Program-made: the position numbers and the translations under genes
The notes under the pieces: generated by a model
What the model was told of the DNA's origin: nothing
Databases searched by the model: none
Seen by the model: the letters and a program-made list of their open reading frames with translations, nothing else
In this document: in pieces, positions 41,791-50,682 of the stretch
How positions within the stretch are numbered: position 1 is the first letter of the stretch
How the letters are laid out: each line of letters opens with the position of its first letter
NCBI GenBank assembly: GCA_965116875.1
Contig: OZ220733.1
Location: 2,688,001-2,752,000 of the forward strand
Reading direction: 5' to 3'
From: Candidatus Latescibacterota bacterium
GTDB taxonomy: Bacteria; Latescibacterota; UBA2968; GCA-2709665
Length of the DNA stretch: 64,000 nucleotides

Positions 41791-41857
41791 ACCCGTAGAG
41801 CCCGATAAATTGCTTAGGATCGTGGTTGAAAGGATCTGGTCTACAATCACCACTGCC

Positions 41858-42175
41858 TCAGACTGAAATCTCCAAATATTCACCAGGGGCCATTCGTTCA
41901 ACCGCGCTCTGGATGTCGTCGATTCGCAACCGAATGCGAGGCCATGAGGTCGTAAGCAGAACCATGATCGCCAACTGTCTATCGGACAGATTCTGTTGAT
42001 ATCGGAGATTCTGGTCTGTGGAGATCAAGAGTTCGTAACCATCCTGCTCACTTGCCTGAAACAACTCGCTGTTCTGAAGGTGGGACCATCCCCGCTCAAA
42101 TGCAGTATCGACAGAATGATTCGACAGATATCGTCGAAGAGGCACGGGTGTGCCCTGATCAAAGAGAATCTTCAT
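41858..42175 (-). CDS. DUF5615-family PIN-like toxin
   Basis: MKILFDQ..P, LISTDQNLRYQQN. Overlaps the DUF433 gene by 4 nt. Confidence 0.88.
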   Translation of the reverse strand: MKILFDQGTPVPLRRYLSNHSVDTAFERGWSHLQNSELFQASEQDGYELLISTDQNLRYQQNLSDRQLAIMVLLTTSWPRIRLRIDDIQSAVERMAPGEYLEISV

Positions 42176-42399
42176 GAATCAACGGAGTGCACCAACGCTC
42201 TTGCTTCGTGATCGAGAACCGTTTCAACCTGCCATCGTTTTACGCCGGGGAACCACTTCAGAAACTGGTCGATCGATGCCCCATCTTTGAGATTCTCGAA
42301 CAGCGCGGAAAGAGGAACTCTGGTGCCACGGAAGATCCAGGTTCCGCTGACCTTCTTCGGATGCCGTTCCACCGCCTCGCAGGTTTCCCAATTTGCCAT
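42172..42399 (-). CDS. DUF433-domain antitoxin
   Basis: VSGTWIFRGTRVP..LFENL..GASIDQFLKWFP. Confidence 0.92.
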   Translation of the reverse strand: MANWETCEAVERHPKKVSGTWIFRGTRVPLSALFENLKDGASIDQFLKWFPGVKRWQVETVLDHEARALVHSVDS

Positions 42400-42565
42400 A
42401 CGATGACTCCACTTGCTAAATGCTCGGTATAACTTCAGCCAATAAAAAATATCGGGATTCGGTGGAATGAACAAGAACTTTATGGGCGGTGTCAGCACGG
42501 GATCGTTTCTGCTGTCGGGTTAAGGATGGCCTGGTCCGCAAGGGTTCCTCCGCAGCTGTCCCTAC

Positions 42566-43012
42566 CTACGCCACGTCACCGCTCGCACTCCGCGGCGCTC
42601 GCTGCTTCGCCATCCTGGCAATCAACGCGGTTCCAACGGCCGAAGCTGAGCTCAGTACAGTCACGGCGCTGACGGTTACGACGCCCCACAGCCAGAGCGG
42701 AAGGGCGGGATGCACCGTTCCTAGAACAAACGGAAGCACGCCAACCAGCAAACCGCTCACGGCTCCCCAGGCGGCGACCCGCGACAACGTCAACGCATCG
42801 AGTCTGCGGCGGCCCTCCGCAATCCCGATCGCCGCGGAAAAGACCGCACCGCAAAGGAAGCCGGGATACGCCCCGATCGCCACCCACATTTCATCCATGG
42901 ATCCGCCCGGGTCCACCATAATCCCTGTCAGCACGCCAATCGGCGACCATACCACGGCCCAGGCCGCGGCCACCAGGACGACATTGAAGATTCGTCTGAA
43001 GCAAATGCTCAT
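42566..43012 (-). CDS. Hypothetical membrane protein (about 4 TM helices)
   Basis: Hydrophobic helices, EGRRRLD.LTL.RVAAWGA. Confidence 0.78.
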   Translation of the reverse strand: MSICFRRIFNVVLVAAAWAVVWSPIGVLTGIMVDPGGSMDEMWVAIGAYPGFLCGAVFSAAIGIAEGRRRLDALTLSRVAAWGAVSGLLVGVLPFVLGTVHPALPLWLWGVVTVSAVTVLSSASAVGTALIARMAKQRAPRSASGDVA

Positions 43013-43030
43013 TGGATAATCCCGTTAATT

Positions 43031-43180
43031 CAGAAACCCAAACTCACATGGATAGACAGGATAAGCAGGACAACACCCAGGAACAGGACTTATGCTCGCG
43101 TCTCCGGGCTAATGCGATGAATTCTTACTTATTGTAGACCGCACAAATTCAAACTGTCCGATCGAATTCCGCATTCCTTT
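43031..43180 (+). repeat. Dispersed 'ATCCTGT' intergenic repeat element
   Basis: Homologous to 19888-20035 (inverted) and to the short copy at 59168-59240. Confidence 0.75.
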
Positions 43181-43267
43181 TCATTCTGTCGTACGAGACT
43201 TCGCTGAATTTATTGAAATACAACAGGTTATACAACGCAAATTCAGGTCTTCGTGAATTATTCACCA

Positions 43268-43602
43268 TCACTGCTGTCTTAGAAAGTTGGAAAAGGACGA
43301 TCTTGGATGCGTAAGTACCTGTTTTTCTTGAAAGCCGTTTCGAAGTGCCAATACAGGTTCACATCTTTGGGCCACGGCTGTCCAGGACAGGAACAAATTT
43401 AAGGCCGGTGTGGTTGGCGTTCCCGGGAGCGAGGGCATCCTGCCCTCGGCGTCGGCTAACTCGTCGCACACAGTGTTTTCCGCGAGCCGGTGTCGGATTG
43501 AATGGACGCGTCAGTGGCTCGGCGCGAATAGGGATAGGCGACTCGAAGTTCGAGGGCAGGATGCCCTCGCTCCGGATATTCGCGGATCATGCCGTGATAG
43601 CG
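43268..43602 (-). mobile_element. Composite MITE copy B (inverted relative to 28666-29001)
   Basis: Begins cactgctgtc. Same REP doublet and a colinear tail. Confidence 0.8.
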
Positions 43603-43727
43603 ATCGGATAAGACGATTTCGGACAGGTGTGTCCGTTTACAGTTGTTTCCAGGATTCCTCTGGATTGCATCATTCAAATCTATGGCTGTCGTCGTGAGCC
43701 GAAGTCGTTCGAGCAGCTTCGGAATGC

Positions 43728-44111
43728 CTAAACATCTACCTGGTAGTTCAACGCGGCTTCGTCCCCCGTCATGCCGCGGAATCCCCAATTGACGGCAGGA
43801 GTCTCGAATAGGGTAATCTCCACATCAAACGGCGCGATTCCCAAATCCTCCTCCATCCGGTCGAACAAAAGGCGGATGAGCTTCTTCCTGGCTTCGGCTG
43901 ACCGCCCTTCCATCAGAGAAATTTCAATTACCGTGTACGCATCCGTACGGCCGTCGGGATAGAAAAAGTCCTCAGGATCCATCGGAATGAAGCGATGAGC
44001 GCGCTTGTCACCTGGAAATGACAGGGCGTCAACCATACATTCGTTGATCACATCAGATAACTTCGCCTTGATTGGATCCAGATGCTTCCTCAGGCCGTAG
44101 ACTCGAATCAT
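43728..44111 (-). CDS. Tautomerase family protein
   Basis: KRAHRF, YTVIEISLMEGRS..RKKLI, NWGFRG. Confidence 0.88.
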   Translation of the reverse strand: MIRVYGLRKHLDPIKAKLSDVINECMVDALSFPGDKRAHRFIPMDPEDFFYPDGRTDAYTVIEISLMEGRSAEARKKLIRLLFDRMEEDLGIAPFDVEITLFETPAVNWGFRGMTGDEAALNYQVDV

Positions 44112-44209
44112 GCGGATTCTCCGAAACGTCGCCGCGAACCGCGCCAACTCTATGGACGCGCACGATCAAACCATTGTTATCCGGTCATGGAAGAACCGAA
44201 GCCGGTCAC

Positions 44210-44474
44210 CTAGAGGCGGGAAATGAGCTGCTCGTAGGCGGCATGGGATCCAATCCAGAACCAGACAATCAATCCCTCAGCTCGCACGCCCACGGCACGG
44301 TAATAACGTGTGATCCGGACAGCGTAGATCGGTTCGGATGGGTGTATCTTTTTGAATCGCAAGCTCGGATGGTTCGGATTGATCCGAAAACGGGCGTAAG
44401 CAACGGCCGCTTGAACCTGGACGGGGAAGATCGAGTAGCGCGTCCCGAAAACGACGTGTTGTCCGGGATATCAT
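44210..44474 (-). pseudogene. RelE/ParE-like toxin, frameshifted near 44420
   Basis: MISRTTRRFRDAL.DLP continues in another frame as AYARFRINPNHPSLRFKKI...YRAVG...WFWIGSHAAYEQLI. Confidence 0.85.
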
Positions 44475-44689
44475 GAGCCGTGCGACTCGAATGGCTCAGT
44501 CTTGCCTGCTCGATATTCATCAAGGGCCTCATTTGCAAGGCTTGATAATTGCTCTGCCGTCGAGTCAAATGCGCGTTCCCACTGGCGCTCTGACGCCAAC
44601 TCCGCCATAAGGACGGCCGCAATCGCGTCCTGCTCATCATTCGAAAGCTTTTTGATTTCCGAAATCGCTGTTTCGAGGAGTTGAGTCAT
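44471..44689 (-). CDS. Antitoxin of the RelE/ParE-like pair
   Basis: MTQLLETA...EQDAIA...WERAF...EALDEYRAGKT. Overlaps the toxin start. Confidence 0.85.
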   Translation of the reverse strand: MTQLLETAISEIKKLSNDEQDAIAAVLMAELASERQWERAFDSTAEQLSSLANEALDEYRAGKTEPFESHGS

Positions 44690-44862
44690 TTAAGCCTCCA
44701 AATCTGGAGTACCCTACGTTTAGAGAGTTGCTCTGTAACTTGATTCATGAGTGCAACCTCTTCGCGAGGATGCCCACTAAGCCATCCGTTAATTGCGGTT
44801 CCGATTGCGCCTAGAGCTTGAAACGCAACTTTGTCAAAGTCGATAGTTTCTGGGTATGCCAT
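44686..44862 (-). pseudogene. Probable N-terminal fragment of a hypothetical protein (58 aa)
   Basis: MAYPETIDFDKVAFQALGAI...GHPREEVALMNQVTEQL, running into the antitoxin start. Confidence 0.4.
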
Positions 44863-45004
44863 CTTCAGTGACCCTTGAAGGAAAACTCCAGAATTCGTTG
44901 CTTCTTCACATCACGACAGAACTACCGAAGATATCCTTCACTCCCAAGGATTCGCGACTGTACGGAAACGCATCACCCTGAAATTTCTGCGCAACAAATA
45001 TACT

Positions 45005-45027
45005 AAAAAATGCCCCGTGAGGGGCAT
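45005..45027 (-). terminator. Intrinsic terminator
   Basis: Minus strand atgcccc-tcac-ggggca-tttttt. Confidence 0.75.
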
Positions 45028-45172
45028 CATCTTTGGTTAAAACCAATCTGCTTTCTCTTCATCAGTGATCCAGTGGGATTCAGAAAACCGAGTTATCCTG
45101 TTCCGTGGCCGGGCAGCGGAATCTGTGGGGTAGTCATCCTTGGTACGCACAGGATGTCGTCCAACTGGACAG

Positions 45173-45406
45173 TCAGGGGACCGCAGGCGTTACGTCTCTG
45201 ACATGTAGAATTTCACCCGCCATAGGAGAACGTACGGCGGAATCTTCCAGGGTGAGAACGGCGATAGTTGTGCCGCGGGTATCGACGAACTCGACCTCGG
45301 ACGCTTCCTTGTCCTCGTATCTATGCACCACCGCCCCGACGTCGCCTGCCTCCAGGCCGTGTTCAACTATCGATTCCTTGAGAACGACCAGATCCAATTC
45401 AGTCAT
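45173..45406 (-). CDS. DUF4926 domain protein
   Basis: ELDLVVL...GLEAGDVGAVVH.Y...EVEF...GTTIAVLTL. Confidence 0.88.
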   Translation of the reverse strand: MTELDLVVLKESIVEHGLEAGDVGAVVHRYEDKEASEVEFVDTRGTTIAVLTLEDSAVRSPMAGEILHVRDVTPAVP

Positions 45407-45435
45407 CTTGAATCGATCTCTCCAGACTTGATCCC

Positions 45436-48400
45436 CTAAGCGATCAGCGCGGCGGCTTTTTCCTTGAGCGCGGGCAACAGGTCGTCCGCCGCACGTTCGA
45501 GCGCGGCGAGCGCTTCATTCGCCTGTTTCAGGTCCCCTTCGCGCGCCATGATTTCCAGCCGCAGCGCCGCCTCCACGGTCGAGTTGGCAAGAAAGACGGC
45601 CGCCGAGCCCTTCAGCGTATGCGCCGCGCGCCGCAGCAGGGTGCTGTCGCCGTGGCCGATCGCCCGCTTCATTTCTTCGAGGTGCCTGGCGTATTCCGTA
45701 ACGAACAGCCCGGCCAGTTCAGCCAGAATCGCCTCGTTACCCCCAACCTGATCCAGCGCCCCCTGCCAATCCAGCTCGCCGCCGTCAACGCCGGTCTCCG
45801 TCGGCATTTCATTGTCCGATGGGACATCGGTTTCCACAATATCGTAGAGGTCTCCCGCCCGGATGGGTTTGGGGAGATAATCGTCCATTCCCTCTTCCAG
45901 GCAACGTTCCCTGTCGCCCTGCATCACGTGGGCCGTCATCGCCGCAATTCGTACGTGTTCCCCTGTCGACCGTTCGCTTTCCCTGATCATTCGCGTTGCC
46001 TCCAGTCCGTCCATCTCCGGCATCTGGATATCCATGAGGATCAGATCGAACGTGTCGTTCTCCAGCGCCGCGAGCGCTTCCTTGCCGTTGTTGACGGCCG
46101 TAACCCGGTGGCCGCGCGGCTCGAGCAGGTCCACAATCACTTTCCGGTTGACCAGGCCGTCCTCCGCCAGCAGGACGCGACGCCTGTCGGCGGGCGGTAC
46201 AGGTTCCAGTATTCTGGGTACATCCACAGTCTGGACAACACTCACCTGCAATGCTTCCAACGTGGCATCGAGCAGGTCGGACTGCTTGACCGGCTTTGTC
46301 AGACACCGGGCAAGCCCCAACGCGTCACATCGCACGGCGTCGTGGGTTCTTCCCGCCGATGAAAGAATCAGTATCGGTACGCCCTTCGCCGCGGGATCCT
46401 CCCGAAGACGCTCCGCCAGGGCGAATCCGTCCATATCCGGCATCACCGCGTCCAGAAGAAACAGGTTGAACGGCTGATCCGTTTCGCCGGCCTTCCGAAG
46501 CGCCTCGAGCGCCGCCGGACCCGATTCCGCGACCTCGATCTTCATGCCCCAGGTTCCGAGCATCTCCTCGAATATGAACCGGTTCGTACGATTGTTGTCC
46601 ACCACCAGCGCACGGAGGCCCACCAGGGTCTGCAGGTCGGCCGCCGACCGCTTCGCCAACGGAGGCTGAGCCTCGAAGACCGCTGTGAAACAGAACGTAC
46701 TTCCCTTGTTCAGTTCGCTTTCCACCCACATCCGCCCGCCCATCATCGAGGCGAGTTGAGATGAAATCGCTAGGCCCAGCCCTGTGCCGCCGAACCTCCT
46801 GGACGTAGAAGAGTCGACCTGGCTGAACGATTCGAAAATCAACCGCTGATCTTCGGGTGCGATGCCGATTCCCGTGTCCCGCACAAAGAACCTCAGACGA
46901 ACGGTGTCTTCTTCCCGGGCGTCCACTTTCACGTCGACCAGCACGTCACCCTTTGCCGTGAACTTGATTGCATTGTCCACCAGATTGATCACGATCTGCC
47001 TCAGACGCCCGGGATCGCCAAGCAGCCGGTCAGGAACGTCCGGAGCGACGTGGCACGCCAGCTCCAGCCCCTTCTGAGTGGCTTTGACCGCGAGGGTCTG
47101 CACGGTATCCCCCAGCGTATCCCGGAGGTCGAAACCGATTGCCTCCAGGTCCAGCCTGTTCACTTCCAGCTTGGAAAAGTCGAGGATATCGTTCAGGAGC
47201 GCCAGCAACGCTTCGGAAGACTGTCTGCTCAACTTGAGGTACTCGCGCTGTTGGGGCGTCAGTTCCGTGTTACCCAACAACTCCGTCATGCCCATGATGC
47301 CGTTCATCGGCGTGCGGATCTCGTGGCTCATATTGGCCAGAAACTCGCTTTTTGCACGATTCGCCTTTTCCGCAATGTCTTTGGCTGCCTGCAGTTCCGC
47401 CCCCGAGCGCTCCAGGGCGACCGTGCTTTTCTTCAGCGCTTCGTTCGCCTCACGCTCCGCGGCCGCGGTCTTTTCCAGTTCGCGGTTCTTTTCCTGAAGC
47501 TGTATCTCGGCGTGCTTGCGCAGTGTGATATCCCGGACCGTGCCGATCATATGCACGTTCTGGCCCTCCGTGTCGCCAAATACGCGCCCTTTGTTTCCGA
47601 GCCAACGGATCGTCCCGTCCGGCCAGGCCACCCGGTGCTCCACTTCGAAACCCACCCCTTCCTTGATCGTTCGCCGCACCGCACCGCGGACCATTTCCCG
47701 GTCTTCGGGATGCACGAGTTCATAAAACGCTTCGCGCGTACCCTGGAATTCCTCCGGTTTGAGACCGAACAACGGCGCCACCAGGTCCGACCAGACCAGT
47801 TCACCGGTCAACAGATTGGAGTCCCAACTCCCCATACGGGCGGCTTCCATGGCCAGCTTCAGTCGGGCCTCGCTTTCTCTCAACGCTTGCTCCGATCGTT
47901 TCCGTTCGGAATCCACGTCTGCGAGAGACCGGGCGTACCACCAGATCAGAATATTGAGCGCTACGATTACCCCAAGCGAAAACAGGGACATTCCGGACTC
48001 GAACCCCAGAATTCCCTCGCCGTGAGGCCAGAGCCAACCCAGCGCCAGGGGTATCAGGAAAGCAGCCGGCAGCAGCCTGCGCGCCATCGACCCGCCGGCC
48101 GTTGTGCTGACAATTGTCGTGGTGGGCTCAAGGGCCGGCCGTGACAGAAACATGCCGATGCACAACAATCCGAACGCCAGTGTGGTATAGACGCTCAGAT
48201 GTACGTCCCACGATACCTCCCTGGGGGAGACCGCGTGGTAGAAGTGGCCGACCGCGTAGCCCGCGGAGAGGATGGAGGCGATCGATAGGCACGTCTGCGC
48301 CGGCCAGGCGTTTTCGCGGATACGGAAATGCCAGAGAAACAGCGCCAGGCCGATGAGAGCGAAGTTGCACGCTTCATCTCGCAACATGTGCCCGGCGCCC

Positions 48401-48708
48401 GCGCCGAACCCGATAAACTCGGGGCCCGCGCCGATCAACTCCAGGATTGCGAAGACAACGACGACCGCGCCGATTGCCTTCCCCAGAAACTGCCTGCGCG
48501 CGGACGACCTGCCGCTGCGAAGGAGCCACAGCGCCACGCCGGTAAGCACGAACATGCCCGCCGTCAACAAAGACATCCATTCGGCCACGGGTGCGCTGAC
48601 CTGCCATCCCGCCAGAACCAGGACGGACAGCATGACGACGATCAGATTCGCCGTTTGCGCGGCGATCGCGGCAATCCGGACCAGACGCGGATCTGCGTAA
48701 TCGTCCAT
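45436..48708 (-). CDS. Membrane hybrid sensor histidine kinase (multi-TM, PAS, HisKA, HATPase, 2x REC, Hpt)
   Basis: VHPEDR PAS, ANMSHEIRTPMNG, NAIKF, DTGIG, GGTGLG, LLDAVMP, LMDIQMP, AHTLKGS. Confidence 0.95.
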   Translation of the reverse strand: MDDYADPRLVRIAAIAAQTANLIVVMLSVLVLAGWQVSAPVAEWMSLLTAGMFVLTGVALWLLRSGRSSARRQFLGKAIGAVVVVFAILELIGAGPEFIGFGAGAGHMLRDEACNFALIGLALFLWHFRIRENAWPAQTCLSIASILSAGYAVGHFYHAVSPREVSWDVHLSVYTTLAFGLLCIGMFLSRPALEPTTTIVSTTAGGSMARRLLPAAFLIPLALGWLWPHGEGILGFESGMSLFSLGVIVALNILIWWYARSLADVDSERKRSEQALRESEARLKLAMEAARMGSWDSNLLTGELVWSDLVAPLFGLKPEEFQGTREAFYELVHPEDREMVRGAVRRTIKEGVGFEVEHRVAWPDGTIRWLGNKGRVFGDTEGQNVHMIGTVRDITLRKHAEIQLQEKNRELEKTAAAEREANEALKKSTVALERSGAELQAAKDIAEKANRAKSEFLANMSHEIRTPMNGIMGMTELLGNTELTPQQREYLKLSRQSSEALLALLNDILDFSKLEVNRLDLEAIGFDLRDTLGDTVQTLAVKATQKGLELACHVAPDVPDRLLGDPGRLRQIVINLVDNAIKFTAKGDVLVDVKVDAREEDTVRLRFFVRDTGIGIAPEDQRLIFESFSQVDSSTSRRFGGTGLGLAISSQLASMMGGRMWVESELNKGSTFCFTAVFEAQPPLAKRSAADLQTLVGLRALVVDNNRTNRFIFEEMLGTWGMKIEVAESGPAALEALRKAGETDQPFNLFLLDAVMPDMDGFALAERLREDPAAKGVPILILSSAGRTHDAVRCDALGLARCLTKPVKQSDLLDATLEALQVSVVQTVDVPRILEPVPPADRRRVLLAEDGLVNRKVIVDLLEPRGHRVTAVNNGKEALAALENDTFDLILMDIQMPEMDGLEATRMIRESERSTGEHVRIAAMTAHVMQGDRERCLEEGMDDYLPKPIRAGDLYDIVETDVPSDNEMPTETGVDGGELDWQGALDQVGGNEAILAELAGLFVTEYARHLEEMKRAIGHGDSTLLRRAAHTLKGSAAVFLANSTVEAALRLEIMAREGDLKQANEALAALERAADDLLPALKEKAAALIA

Positions 48709-48720
48709 ATCAACTGCTTC

Positions 48721-50376
48721 CTACGGAAACAGGCCTCTCAGGAGTTTCGCCTGCGTCACGCGGTGAATTCCTTCGATCAGCGCCGCCGTGCGTATATCCA
48801 GGCCATCGCGTTCGGACCGTTGAATCGTCCGCTGGAACGCATCGAGCAGAATCTGCCTGAGTCGGTCGTTGATCTCCTCCAGCGTCCACACGTAATTCTG
48901 CGTGTCCTGTACCCACTCGAAATAGGAAACCGTAACCCCTCCGGCATTGCCGAGTACATCAGGCAGAATAAACACCTCTCTTTCCTTCAGGATCTCATCC
49001 GCTTCGAGGGTTGTCGGTCCATTGGCGCCCTCGGCCAGGATTCTGCACGAGATCCGTTCGGCGTTGTCGGCGTTGATCTGATTCTGTATCGCGGCGGGAA
49101 CGAGGATGTCGCATGGGATTTCCAGCAATTCCCTGTTGCTCACGGCGTCTCCGTTCTCGTAGCCTTCCAGGACCCGGTTTTCGTCCGCGTGCCGCAGCAG
49201 CGAATCCACGTGCAATCCGTCAGGATTGTAGATACCGGTGGTCACGTCGCTCACGCCCACCACCGTGACCCCGCAGGCTTCGAGGAATCTCGCCGCGCTG
49301 CTTCCCACGTTTCCGAACCCCTGCACGACGGCGGTCGCGCCATTCAAGTCCATCCCGATGTGTCTGGCCGCCTCTTCGACCAGATACACCAGTCCCCGTC
49401 CGGTCGCTTCGCGGCGTCCTTCGGAGCCGCCAAGCACCACCGGCTTGCCGGTTACGACGGCGGGTACGGTATGTCCCATCTGATGGCTGTACGTGTCCAT
49501 CATCCAGGCCATCACGTTTTCGTCCGTGCCCATGTCCGGCGCGGGGATGTCCTTCTGCGGTCCGATAACGTCGATGATCTCCGACGTGTACCGCCGTGTC
49601 AGCCGCTGCAGTTCGCGCCGGGAAAGGACGGTTGGATCGATGCGTACGCCGCCCTTCGCGCCGCCGAACGGGAGGTTCATCAGGGCGCACTTCCACGTCA
49701 TCCACATGGCCAGGGCGGTGACTTCGCCCAGGTTCACGTCGTGATGGTAGCGCACGCCTCCCTTCGTGGGCCCCATCGTCAACAAATGTTGAATCCGGTA
49801 GCCGGCAACCGTCTCCACGTATCGGTGCTCGTCCCGCCGGAACGGAAACGTGACCACGTGGGTACGCTGAGGAAACAGCAGCCGCTGCCGGATATTGTCG
49901 TCCAGTTCCATCAGGTGCGCGGCCTTCAGGAACTGCTGCTGCGCCAGGCGGAACATCGGCGACTCCCACTCGGCGTGCTGCGCCCGGCTGCGTTCCACGG
50001 CGTATCGGATCGATCTCACCAGGAGCGGGCCGTCCAACTGTGATTTCACCAGATAGTCCTGCGCTCCCGCCTCAACCGCCCGCGCCGCCAGCTTGATGTC
50101 CTCCATTCCGGAGAGGATCACAACGGTCAGATCCGGATACGCGGCCCTCACGCGCAGATACGTCTCCAGGTCCTCGCTGTCCGGCAGTACCAGGTCCAGC
50201 AGCAGCAATTCGTATCCGCCGACAGCGAGCCGGTTCAGCCCTTCCGCGAGCGTACCCGACGAATCCACCTCGAATCCCGGGCCGTCGGACTCGGCAAGCA
50301 GTTCCTGAATCAGGCGGCTGTGAAGCGGATTGTCTTCAATCAACAACGTTTTCAGGTTTGTGCCCGGCATCGTCAC
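48721..50376 (-). CDS. Response-regulator receiver domain fused to glutamate dehydrogenase (ELFV family)
   Basis: aa ~8-128 REC (E14/D15, D61, S89, K111). The remainder is GDH: GPTKGG, GGAKGG, PAPD, QGFGNVG, EGANGP, NAGGVTVSYFEW. Confidence 0.93.
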   Translation of the reverse strand: MTMPGTNLKTLLIEDNPLHSRLIQELLAESDGPGFEVDSSGTLAEGLNRLAVGGYELLLLDLVLPDSEDLETYLRVRAAYPDLTVVILSGMEDIKLAARAVEAGAQDYLVKSQLDGPLLVRSIRYAVERSRAQHAEWESPMFRLAQQQFLKAAHLMELDDNIRQRLLFPQRTHVVTFPFRRDEHRYVETVAGYRIQHLLTMGPTKGGVRYHHDVNLGEVTALAMWMTWKCALMNLPFGGAKGGVRIDPTVLSRRELQRLTRRYTSEIIDVIGPQKDIPAPDMGTDENVMAWMMDTYSHQMGHTVPAVVTGKPVVLGGSEGRREATGRGLVYLVEEAARHIGMDLNGATAVVQGFGNVGSSAARFLEACGVTVVGVSDVTTGIYNPDGLHVDSLLRHADENRVLEGYENGDAVSNRELLEIPCDILVPAAIQNQINADNAERISCRILAEGANGPTTLEADEILKEREVFILPDVLGNAGGVTVSYFEWVQDTQNYVWTLEEINDRLRQILLDAFQRTIQRSERDGLDIRTAALIEGIHRVTQAKLLRGLFP

Positions 50377-50575
50377 ATCGTCTGCGCCTGGCGCGATTCA
50401 GGTTGCGAGGGTGTACATCGGAATATTTAGTCCGATCGGGTATTTGTGTCAAGTCCAAAGCGCTTTAAGAGCCGCATTTATGCAATTCGCCACGATAATG
50501 CCCGGTGAAACGGACCGGGTCAGATCCACCCGTCAAACGAGATCGAGGCTGCGCTTGCTCGCCTCTCATAGCCGG

Positions 50576-50645
50576 ATTTTCCCGCCTTGACCGCCACTGT
50601 TTCGCACGCGCTCGGGAACGCACCGGTGAATTTCAAACAACTTCT
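50576..50645 (+). repeat. Partial copy of the 14497-14660 MITE (right arm)
   Basis: 62/70 identical to 14591-14660. Confidence 0.8.
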
Positions 50646-50682
50646 TAGACGATCAGACCGGTTTCCGGTTGCACGTTATCCT

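Noticed and set aside
28666-43602. Composite transposon carrying the 14-kb block
   Set aside because: The clear IS-like termini face inward, outer ends and target duplications are not evident, there is no transposase, and the array continues beyond copy B.
29008-45406. Classical integron
   Set aside because: No tyrosine recombinase and no attC hairpins seen by eye. Many genes overlap or abut, leaving no room for attC sites.
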